From contig OZ316895.1 in NCBI GenBank assembly GCA_973895155.1, positions 17,340,170 through 17,404,169 on the forward strand: a DNA stretch of 64,000 bases, in the 5' to 3' direction. The notes under the pieces are model-generated. The model saw only the letters and a list, made by a program, of their open reading frames with translations. It was not told the origin of the DNA and made no database searches. This document shows, piece by piece, positions 51,808 through 62,226 of this stretch; within the stretch, counting starts at the first letter, position 1; the number at the start of each line of letters is the position of its first letter. Source of the stretch: Marsupella aquatica (Eukaryota; Plantae; Marchantiophyta). Made by a program: the position numbers and the translations under genes.

Positions 51808-52304
51808 GCCCCATAAGGGGGAATTTTAATTCCCCCCCATCCCCGAGCGTACCCCGGCTCCGCCGCGCCATTTCCCCCCTTCGCGGGAGTCCCGGCTGCG
51901 CTCTCCTTTTTGGGGATTTAATTTTTCTCCCCCGGCAGCCTCTCTCACAGCCACCCCCGCTCACGGGCTCACGGGAGGGTTTAATACCCCCCTCCTTTAC
52001 TCCTCTTACTCCAATTACCCCTCGGCTGCGGCCCGGCTACCCTCTCCCCGACTTACCTTGGCTTGCCCCGGCTCGCCCTCTGCCAGCCTAGGGATTCCAC
52101 GTGGCGGCCCTAGGGCTGCCCCTTATGGGCCCCCAAGTGCTCGCCCTCTGCCAGGCCACTTTAAGGGGCATTTAACCCCCCTCCACGACCTTCCTGATCA
52201 CCGGCCTCCCACTACCCCGGCCTCCTCCTTAGTACTCGCGGTGCCCCATAAGGGGGAATTTTAATTCCCCCCCCATCCCCGAGCGTACCCCGGCTCCGCC
52301 GCGC
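51808..52304 (+). repeat. ~62-bp direct repeat with a GGGGGAATTTTAATTCCCCCC hairpin
   Basis: GCCCCATAAGGGGGAATTTTAATTCCCCCC(C)ATCCCCGAGCGTACCCCGGCTCCGCCGCGCC at ~51808 and ~52243. Confidence 0.9.
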
Positions 52305-55300
52305 CTCGCTTTTCCCTTATTCCGTAAAGGTTAGCACTCCTCCTAATCCTTATTTGGGGTCTCAACGAAAGAAAGAGGGAATCAGGGCCTAAAGGAAACA
52401 GGGGGTCCACTTAGACCGACCCTAGTTTCAAGGTCCCAACATCCTGGCTTACTGGGAAGCCTTAGGCCTCCAAACTATTAGGATATCCAAGAATGTAGAG
52501 ACCTCCGGGGCATAGCAACCGATAATGCCGGTCGTAACAAAAAAACAAAAAAACGGCTTATTTACAATGGTTATTTACACTCGGCAACACTCCGCGACCA
52601 TTATTCGTGATTTTGAGTGACGGGGACCCCGTCACAACGAGCAAAAAAATTCTTGTTACGAGCAAAAATTTACTGTTACGAGCAAACTAGACAATCTCAA
52701 AATATGTCATTAAAAGTCACAATTTTCAAAATAATTTAAAACATGACAATGTTTTGCTAGTGTAAGGCGATACTATTACTAGCTCCGGGCGCTAGCCAAA
52801 AAATATCGACTCACAAAAAAAATTTAATAATTTTTCACCAAAAAATTTCCAAAAAAAAAATTTCCAAAAAAAATTCCCCCAAAAACATTCCAAATTTTTT
52901 ACCACCCATTTGCTGTTACGAGTAACTATTTGCTGTTTGCTGTCACGGTGGTTATACCCACTTCTCCTTGCCGTTAACTTGGGAAAACCTGGTTGAGGGT
53001 CTCCGTGCTCATGTCACCACTAAGTACCCAGAGCGGCACGCTCAGAAATGTGTAACGGAGATGAGTTTCAAGGGTGATATCCAAAAGTTCATCACTTATT
53101 ACCAAAATCAGTTGGCGTGTATCCCGGCGGGACAAGAGACCCTGCATACACAGCTTCACAACTTTATCGTGAAGCTCTCGCCGTTGCTCAGGGAAAAATT
53201 GCAGGAAAAGCGTCATGAGTTCAAAACGCTTTCTGACGCCTTTGACAAGGCCACTACATTGGTGAATAACCGACCGGACTTGGCGAAGGTGGGTGGCAAG
53301 GGATCCAAGGGGGAAGCTGGGAAAGCAAAAGGTCCCGGGAATAAGCGGAAGCAACCTGAGGGGGCGGGGGCCGGTGGTTCAGATCCCCAGCCCCAGAACG
53401 GAGAAGCCAAGCAAAACCGGAAGGCCGGAAACTTTAAGAAAGGAGCCTCACCGGCACAAAAAGCAAAGAAGCAGGCAACCATGGAGCAAAGGCGGGCTGA
53501 AGGTTCGTGCTTCACATGTGGTGCCATGGGCCATCAAAGTAAGGATTGTTCCACGAAAGGTGGCAAACCAAACGGAGATGGTGGAGGGCAGAAGAGCATT
53601 AAGGTAAGTATCGCTCTAACCAAACCCTTAGTAGCTGACATGGTCCCTGTAGGGGATGTCCCTGACGGAGAGAGGGTGTTGTTGCGAGAGAAGATACCTA
53701 AAGTTAAGACAATGGATCCTGAAAAAACTGATTTTTGTGAATGTCACTTCTAACGGTAATCTGGGTGTTGCTTTGATGGATACAGGCGCGACCGCCTGCT
53801 TCATAAGTGGGCAGGTGGCAACTCGTCTTGGGGTGGACGTGCAAGAGTTGTTACAACCGTTAGTGTGCAAGTTCGCCAATGACATGAAGGGGATAGTGTC
53901 AAGAGTAGTGCATAGACTTCGGGTAGAGGTCATAGGCGAACAACAAAATTCTGTTAGTCAGGAGATGTTCTACGTTCTAGATGGTCTAGCCGTAGACTTC
54001 ATTTTGTCGGTAGGTTATCTCAAAAAGCACAATGTTACCTTGAAACTGGGGGGTGAGGTGCTCCATTTTCCCAATAAGGGCGGTGAGCCCATAGTTGTAC
54101 ACAAAATTACCGAAAATAAAGAAAGATTTCTTAAAGTAAGTAAAGTGTCGTGGATGTCTCCGTGTGTATCGACAAAGCAATGGTGGAAAGACTTCAAGGG
54201 TGGACATGAACGTTTCTTCTTTCATATCCACCCAACTAAGGAGGCGTCGCAGCCAAAGGTCAAGTCAGCTAAGGTCGGGCCCGACTGCGGTCGAATTCCC
54301 AAAATTTTAGAGGAATTTAACGACGTGCTCTCGCAGAAGCTACCTAAAGGTTTACCCCCGTAGAGAGAAGTGGATCACCAAGTTGAGTTGGAGCCGGGAT
54401 TGGCTCCTTAGGCTAAAGCTCCTTATCGTCTGAACCTGAATGAGCAAATGATGTTGAAGAATGCCTTGGAAGAGTTGATCGACCAAGGGTTCATTTGCCC
54501 TAGTAAGAGTCCTTACGGGGCGCCCGCGCTGTTTGTGTCCAAAAAGGATGGTACTTTGAGATTGTGCGCAGATTACCGGGCCCTCAATAAGCAGACGATA
54601 AAGAACAAGTACCCGTTACCTCATATGGATGACCTCTTTGATTGCCTCTCCAGGGCTAAGAAGTTTTCAAAGGTGGACTTGTGGTCTGGGTATTACCAGA
54701 TCCGCATGGCTAAGGGAGACGAGTATAAGACCGCGATGCGCACAAGGTTTAGATCCTATGAGTTTTTGGTTATGCCGTTTGGGTTGTGTAATGCAACCGC
54801 AACGTTCATGAAGATGATGAATATCATCTTTCATGACTTGTTGGACCAAGGAGTGGTCGTCTTTATTGACAACATCCTAATCTACTCAAAAACATTGGAG
54901 GAGCATGAGCAGTTGCTCAGAGAAGTGTTCTCTCGCCTTTGTAAGGCTCGTCTCTTTGCTAAACCTAGCAAATGCGAGTTTGCGATGAACGAGATTCAAT
55001 TCCTTGGCCATACCTTTACCCCGGAAGGGATTACGCCTAGTCAGGACAAGCTTAAGGAGATCAAAGAATGGGAGCGCCCGTCCAATGTAAGGCAAGTTAG
55101 AGCCTTCTTAGGATTTACGGGGTTCTATCGGAGATACATGAAGGACTATGCGAGGATCGCGAGGCCCCTCAATGTGCTAACGTTGAAAAACAAAGTGTTT
55201 GTGTGGACACAGGATTGCGAGTTAGCATTCCTAGAACTTAAGCGGTTAATGATAACGCCGTCGATTCTAAAGTTACCTGCGATGGGAAAGCCGTTTGCGA

Positions 55301-56119
55301 TTTGGACAGACGCAAGTGATTATGCCATCGGCGCCTATTTTCACCAAGATGGGTGTCCTATGGCCTTCGAGTCATGTAAGTTGGAAAATCACTGGATCAC
55401 GCCGGAAAGAGAAATGTATGCTGTGATCTACGCATTGAAGATGTGGGAGATTTACCTTAAGAACGATCCTAAAGTGGTAATCCACACAAATAGCTCGCCG
55501 GCCGAGTACTTCAGTTCTAAGCCAAGGCTGAACCCCAAGGAAATGCGCTGGCAGATGTTCTTGGCGGATTTTGATTTCAAAGTCCCACGTTCCAGGGAAG
55601 ACAAATACGGCAGCGGACGCGTTATCGCGTAAGGACCAACATCGTGTCAATGGGATCACAATGCTCAAATCCGAGTGGCCAAAGTTTCTGGCCGCAGCGT
55701 ATGGGGATGACAGGTTAGCTAAGGATTGGCAAAGCAATGGGGGTAGCCCGGGCAAGGTAAGGCACGTATTGTTGGGGTTGGATACGATGCATAATGTCCA
55801 GTTATGGCAATACAAGCAGAGGTGTGTGTACATACCAGAGTCTCTAAGGTTAGAGGTTTTGCAAAAGTACCATGACTCGCCCTAGGGAGGGCACGGAGGA
55901 CAAGCCGCCACGTATCGCAACATGTCGCGAGATGTGTATTGGCCGGACATGAAGCAATCGGTCCTTCAATGCGTGCAAAGTTGTTACTCGTGCCAAAAGA
56001 ACCGAATGGTCTATAGGGCAAAAGGAGGACTGCTGCAACCCTTACCAGTAGTTGTGGCTCCATGGGAGTCTATCTCCATGGACTTCATTGTTGGATTACC
56101 AAAGTCCCACGGCAGTAAC

Positions 56120-59100
56120 TGTGACACGGGTAACGTGTCACTTAACCAAACCCAGGTCGTAGATTAGGTCTTATACGGACATTCGGACCGTAGCCGTAGC
56201 GTAGGATAGCACGTATAGCCGTCTGTTGCCATTATGAATAGATTAGGAGTAGTTTAAGATGACCGAATGATTACAAGTTCAGGAAGAGGATTATTACGCG
56301 CGACCGAGGTACGGTGGCGGCAGCGGAGTAAAAATCAGTTAGAAGAATCACGCTTGGACCGAGGCGCCGACTTCAGCTCATTATCAATGACCAAAACAGC
56401 CTGGCCTTCTCACGCTCGGGCTCACCCTGGCACCTCCATAAGAGAGGAGCCGATGGTGCTGTGGGCCATTTGCTCTTTTCCACCTTTTTGGAATTTGCAG
56501 ACGTTGCCATCCACTTGCCTTTCTGATCGAATCAAGTTGACCTTTACAAGGAGATTATCGAGGGATAAGAGCGAAATGTGGCGAGATTTAGTCAGGACGA
56601 GCAAGGCCTCCACGAGAAAAAGGACCAGCCAGGTGGGAACGTGGACTCAACGAATTGGACTACAAGGTTAGTATGACCCTTACAGCCCTGGGATTCTGGA
56701 CCTTGTTTGGCGAGGTAGGTGCTAAGTTCTCCGAGACTTACTGGTACTCTTGTCCCGAGAAAGCCGCTTACAAACAAAGATACGCGAAGCTGGTGACCAA
56801 GGTAGCACTGGTTAATTGCGAAAGGACAGCCATCACCAGGGATTCCAGCTACAACGAGCTGCGAGACTATATACATCACCAAACTATATCTCAGCAAAGA
56901 AGGGCTTAGATTGGTAGCAGAGGCGATTCTTGAAGTCCCAGCAAAATTCTTTAAGCTGAAAGGCAGCCAGCGGCTTACTCAAGCGGAGTTTGAAAAGATT
57001 CCGGGGTACCTAGACCAGCAGAACGCAGCCAAAAAGCGTCAAGAAGACATCAACAGACAACGGGAAGCGGCGCGTAATCTTACGTTCCTTGGGGAAAGCT
57101 CCAACGCGCCTTCAACTAGGATATGGCTACCCCGATAGCACCAGTGCCTCAGCAGATGACCATCGGCGTACCGCCAAACCGGTCCCAAGTCCGTCCAGTG
57201 ATCAACATAGAGTGTTCTTCGGGTTCCGAGTGAGTTAGTCCGCAACTCGAACAACGTTCTCGTAAGCGACCAAGGACGACGATGGCCCCCGAATCAACAA
57301 CGCATACCAACGCCGCGCCTGCACCTGCCCGACAAACCCCCCGGCCAACCAGACCCAACGGCCCCCGGATAACCCAAAGTCCAACTTATTACAGGTAATC
57401 CGCGTCCCCAAAGTAGTCTGGATCGCGATCAAGAAACTCAAACACGCGGACTATCTCAAGGAGCATCAGTTGGAGCAGTTTGCTCACTTGCTATGAAGGC
57501 CGTGCGCTGTCGGGCCGAAGGAGATTTGTGAGTTCATCTCCAATTTCAACACTAACGCATTGACCACCAAGGTTTTGGGGCAGGCCTTATCACTCACGGA
57601 GCATTGGTTAACGCAAATCTTCTGCCTGCCAACCGGGCTAGTGCCGGTGGAACTCCAAATTTGGGATAAGGAGTATACACCGCGACACTTCAAACCCGAG
57701 GGTAAGACGGACAACGGATACAAGTAGGGGTCGTGCACCAACTTAATCTGCATGGAGCGTCTTAACTTCATACGGACTACCCTACACATGATTGAGCCAC
57801 GATCCGAGATTTCCCTCTGCATGATCGTGCAGGTGGAACAGTACAAGCGGCGGAACTGGGCCCAGTTCTTCTACCAAAGATTCTCAGGGGAGCTGAAGCG
57901 GGCTCAGGGTGGTATGGCTATTGGGGGGAAGACTTACTTGGGAAGTCATATCGCCATTATCCTCGCCTGGTACAAGGCCCAGCGAGAGGCCAGAGGAAAG
58001 AATATGGCCGCCTAAGCCCCGACTAATACTCCGCCACCTCCTCCTGTGGAAATTCCTCCGCCCCCTTCTCTCGAGCCTCCGCTACCCGTAGTACAACCAC
58101 CCCCAATCCCTCCACCACCTGAAGAAACCTTCCCCTCCCCAGCACAGACTACGGATGAGCTCGTTGCCCCGCCCGAGGAACCACCGGTACTCGAGAGGAT
58201 GGAGGACTACCAAGTAGCCCCAGGGACCATGGCCTATGACCTGGTCCAGAATTTTAGCCAGACTATGTCTGGGGAGCTGGAGACGTACATCGGACAACAA
58301 GTCTCGACGTACTTTCAACCAGCCTTCTTCATGTTAGAGCATCAACCACGGATCGTAAGCCACTTGGAAGAAGAACTCATGGCGAAGGAAATGAGATAGG
58401 GCGCCTCCAGATGCTGGTAGAGCACCTCGAGGAGGAGGCCACTACTCGCCGCGAGGAGTTAGTCTGCACCGTCGAACAGAGGGACGGACTAACCCAGGAG
58501 TTAAGCGGAGCGCAAGCAAATCTCAAGAAGCTGGACAACACCGTGCTTCAATTACGCTCAGAATCTTTGGCTCGGGTTACCAGCCTGACCGACCTCAACA
58601 AACAATTCCTGCAGGCAGCACAGCAGGTGGCTGGTCTCTCCGCCAAACGGGATAAATTGCTGGCGCAGGACCAGATCCATCGCGACTCCATTAACCAGCT
58701 CAACCTGGAGGTAGCACGGCTCCAGACCGAGGCCGATGAAGCTGCAAACGAGGCGGAGAAGGCGGTGCGGGACAACAAGGCCTTGCAGGACCGCGTTACC
58801 CTGCTCGTCCTCCAGCGGGGAAAACCTGGGCCCACCTCTGATCAAGGCGGCTCGAGGTCTCGCCCCGACAAGGGGACCAGCCCTGGTCCAACCACAGCAC
58901 ACACGTAAGGGGTGGTTAGCAAAGGGTGGAAGCAGGCGCCGCGCGAGGCAGTTAAGTCAGCGGCATCTTTCAGTTAGGTGTAACGATAGAATGGCTGTCA
59001 TTAGGCGCCGATTAGCGGCAGTAGGGAGAATTAGGGCCAGATCAGTTAGGATCAGCCAATGTAGGATGGAGTCTATCAACGGACTAGATTTTTGTCAAGT

Positions 59101-59878
59101 AGACTTGGCCGCTGCCATCCCGGTCGGCACCATTGTCGTCGACGGTCAACCAATCAGTGCGGGAGGTAGTTAGTCAGTAGGTAATATCCCGGAAGGTAGT
59201 ATCCTCCGGTTCCTTTCTGCAAACTATAGTATTTAGGCTTCCCCTTCCGCTATGGAAGGGGAGAAGGCATAGTTATCTCAGCAGAAGAAAGGTGAGGCAC
59301 GGGGAGTCCCGGCCTGAGCAGGGTCAGAGCGCACCAAGGAGTGAGAACCAGAGTCGAGCTTGCTGGGCAAGTGCGAGGCGGGGCCTCGTAGAGACTGGGC
59401 ATCGACTGCCGTTGGGCCTGCTGACCCCCTTTGAAGTCAAGTCAACCATGTAAACTGATGCTTCGCTGAGTAAATGTAGTCTTTTCCCTCCAATGTTTCT
59501 GCAAGTAACTGCTGTTGTGAGTATGCTTTGTTTGGGCAAAGGCACCATTTTAAGGGACGTACCAGGTGCGAACTAATGGTAGGGATTGCCACCCATTGTA
59601 TGTCACAAGGTTCTATCGCGTCAATGGCTTGAAAAGCCCCAAGCTGGGAGTTAGTCCGAGTCACTAACTGAGGGAGGATTCCAGCGGTGGAAAATAAAAG
59701 ATACCTATGACTAGTACGAATTACTTAAGTGTTATACTAGTAAGTATATCGGCTTAGCCCAACTTAGGGCTAATCGGGACCACTACACACCTCCTTGCCC
59801 GAACCCTCACCCCTACTGGTGGTCGAGGTCGCGCCATGGCGCTAAACTAGATTTAAGGCCCAGGTTAGGGACGTGACA
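56120..59878 (+). mobile_element. 3.76-kb LTR-like unit with internal ORFs, at the 5' end of a non-chromovirus (Tat/Athila-like) Gypsy inserted in the integrase
   Basis: Starts TGTGACACGGGTAACGTGTCAC exactly where integrase homology stops (LPKSHGSN|). Ends GTGACA, followed by the PBS-like TTTTTGGCGCTAGATGGAGGG (~59891) and then gag. Confidence 0.7.
56655..58908 (+). pseudogene. Disrupted accessory ORFs within the LTR (plant-transposon-protein-like region, Pro-rich linker, coiled coil)
   Basis: Consecutive segments broken by TAG/TGA/TAA: EICEFISNFNTNALTTKVLGQALSL..IFCLP, PPPPSLEPPLP, LVEHLEEE..LTQELSGAQANLKKLDNTVLQLRSE. Confidence 0.55.
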
Positions 59879-60184
59879 TATGACGACCGGTTTTTTGGCG
59901 CTAGATGGAGGGGGCACTCATTTTGCCTTACGAGTGGAGCTGTGTAGTGAGCTAATAACCTTTGATTTTGTACTTGACGTGTAGGAAGGGGCATGCCCCT
60001 TACCCGGTGACGTTCTGCGTATTTATAACAACCGGACGGAGCATCGAGTTTGGAAGAGAATACCGCATTCGACGGAGCGGGGAGCTCGGCTTCCCAAGCA
60101 GGATCGCATGTTGTGATGGGTACCCAAGCACCAACGGCGGGAGGAACTCCACCAGTTCCACTAGCCCCGTAGGTACCAGGTGCG

Positions 60185-61042
60185 TTGTGGCCCCCTACGG
60201 CTCAGAACGTGTGGCAACGATCCCGGTTTTACTATCGACCCTTTAAGGGACGACACACGGACGACCCCGATGAATGGATAGCTGAGTTTGAGGCCACGGC
60301 CAAGGCAAATGGCGAGGAAGCCATTAAGCTAACCATTCTTCCAGGCGTGCTACGAGGAGAAGCGCGCCCGTGGTATAACTTACAACCCCCTGGTTTCACA
60401 TGGGGCCAGTTCCAGACGGCGTTCTTGCAAGAATTTAGGCCCGTGGGGATCAAATCTCGGGCCCTGTCAAAAATCGGATGAATGCAGATGGGTAAGCATG
60501 ACTCACTTTGCAAATTTCTGCAGCGATTCCAGAAGGTTGCCGCCAAGATTCGGCCTAAGCCAGATGACTCTCTGCTGAGGAAATGGTTCATCAACACGCT
60601 ACCCCAAAGGATGGCGTTCTCAGTGCTAGAAAAGAAGACCACCACTCTACAACAAGCAATTGATAGCGCTGAATCCTTCAGGGAATTGCACTACGCCTCT
60701 CAGCTTAATAGGAGGACCAAGCATAAGAAGAGCAGGAGGTATCATACCTTCAGCGACTCCAACTCTAAGTACAACGAGAAGAAAAGGAAGAAGAAACAAC
60801 GACATAAGAAGAAGGGTCGGACAAGCTCTTCATTAGACTCTGATTCAGAGTCTAGTGATTCCCTGTCCAGTAGCCTGACGACAACTGGCTCATCCTCCAG
60901 CGAGACCGAGTCAGAGTCTCGTAACCACCGAAGAAAGAAGGGATCACGGTCAGATACGGGCAACATAAACCGCGAGCCAAGGTCGTCACCGCGGACCCCA
61001 AGGCCACTAAGGTAGAAAAGCTGAATGACATTACAGACCGGC
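60185..61042 (+). pseudogene. Retrotransposon gag (Retrotrans_gag-like), truncated by an insertion
   Basis: PFKGRHTDDPDEWIAEFE..LRGEARPWY..TWGQFQTAFLQEF; QMGKHDSLCKFLQRF..WFINTLP..TLQQAIDSA; Lys/Ser-rich tail; an internal TGA. Confidence 0.85.
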
Positions 61043-62226
61043 TGTAATGCAGTAGATTAGTTGGAAATGATGGAAAATTTATGAATTTTGAACTTTTTCT
61101 AACTCAAAGGTGTAATATAGCTACCTTTTGTAACAATTTAGATCAACTGAACACTTTACCTGATGTTATGCTTCATCGGAGGCTATTGCCTCTATTGGAC
61201 AAGGATCGCCATATAAATCCTTGCTCTTTGCATGCTACCAAGAAAGAAGACTGGACATCATTGGAGAAGCAATGCAGACTAGAAGATTCAAAAACCGGAC
61301 TCCAAAGCACTTCATAAAAAATGAGCTCTGTGTGCAATTACCATGATCAGCCAATCTTTGATATTTTAGTTAAATAGTTCTCATGGTCAGAAAAGTTTCA
61401 TACTTTTTCAGGAGGTAGTCATTACGCAGTAGAATCATCCTTGAAAGTTTCAGCTCAAGCCGACTTATAGCTAGGAAGTTAAAAATGTTTGAATCTGATA
61501 AGTTTTTGCTGCACCGCGATTACGTCTTTACGAGTTTACGCTTTTACGTGTATACGCGTTTATGCCTTCAACACTTAGAATTTTTTTTCGATTTTCTGTA
61601 GTTCTTTATTTCCGGTACTTTTTGGTATTTTATTGAAGTACCTAAACACCTCAGAAAAGTCTGAGATTTTACCAGCATGAAGACTATACCTAAGACAATA
61701 TTCTGGGAACGTTTCATCTTAAACTGATATTTGGTTTAGAAACTAAAATTAGGACAAAGCCACTATTCATTAGTTTTACCTTAATGTCACTTTTACAGTA
61801 GTTCACATTTGCAATACCTTTTGGTTAGTTTTATATACCAGGAACCCTCATGTGACCCTTAGGTACTACTGTAGCACACCTTTGTTATTTTTACTTTAGT
61901 TCAAGAACCCTTGAGGCATGAAAGGGCATATCCTTTCATTTTCTCTCTCCTTGGGTTTCTACCAGCCTATATAAAATAGAATTTATGTCATTTGAAATGT
62001 GAAAGAATTATGTAAGCACTATGTTGCAAATTTGCAGCATGACAAGGCTTCACTTTGTAGAGAGAAACTCTGTATTTGCATGAGTGATTAATACAAAGGA
62101 ATTCTTTCCCCTTCCTTGTGTTTGAATGTTGGAGATCAAACCAGAGAAGTAAAACCTTGTGAAATGGTGAAATCTTTTGAATGTATGAAGATAGATTCCT
62201 TAATTGGTGAAGGCTATACATTCCTA
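61043..62226 (+). mobile_element. Probable LTR fragment inserted in gag and cut by the CACTA element
   Basis: Abrupt switch to AT-rich sequence starting TGTAATG; TATA-like CTATATAAAA at ~61968. Confidence 0.45.

Larger units (their letters stand above)
48407..52636 (-). mobile_element. 4.23-kb solo-LTR-like unit containing ORFs
   Basis: TG...CA ends and a perfect 5-bp TSD ACGAG (48402-48406 / 52637-52641). No terminal direct repeats and no pol. On the minus strand it starts TGTGACGGGGTCCCCGTCAC and ends GTGACA. Confidence 0.8.
48358..52959. mobile_element. Non-autonomous MULE-like DNA transposon (~367 bp once the nested insert is removed) inserted in gag
   Basis: 8-bp TSD ACTTCTCC (48350-48357 / 52960-52967). 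G...C ends with TIR core CACCGTGACAGCAAA(T/C)AGCAAA. TTACGAGCAAA subterminal repeats. Excision restores the gag frame (REDFS-LPLTW). Confidence 0.8.
47436..56119 (+). pseudogene. Degenerate Ty3/Gypsy (chromovirus-like) gag-pol, interrupted by nested insertions
   Basis: Gag (FLSWLSTMEIHL..ALTWY; resumes in frame at 52968 with LPLTWENL), zinc knuckle CFTCGAMGHQSKDC, protease LMDTGATACFI, RT (SPYGAPALFV, DYRALNKQT, YEFLVMPFGL, FIDNILIYS), RNase H (WTDASDYAIGA), integrase (HDSP..GH, CYSCQ, PWESISMDFIVGLPKS). Several stops and frameshifts; cut at 56119. Confidence 0.92.

Noticed and set aside
53715-53735. Programmed gag-pol frameshift
   Set aside because: Removing one A from the GAAAAAACTG run gives in-frame MDPEKLIFV, and the element has many other lesions, so a slippage mutation is simpler.
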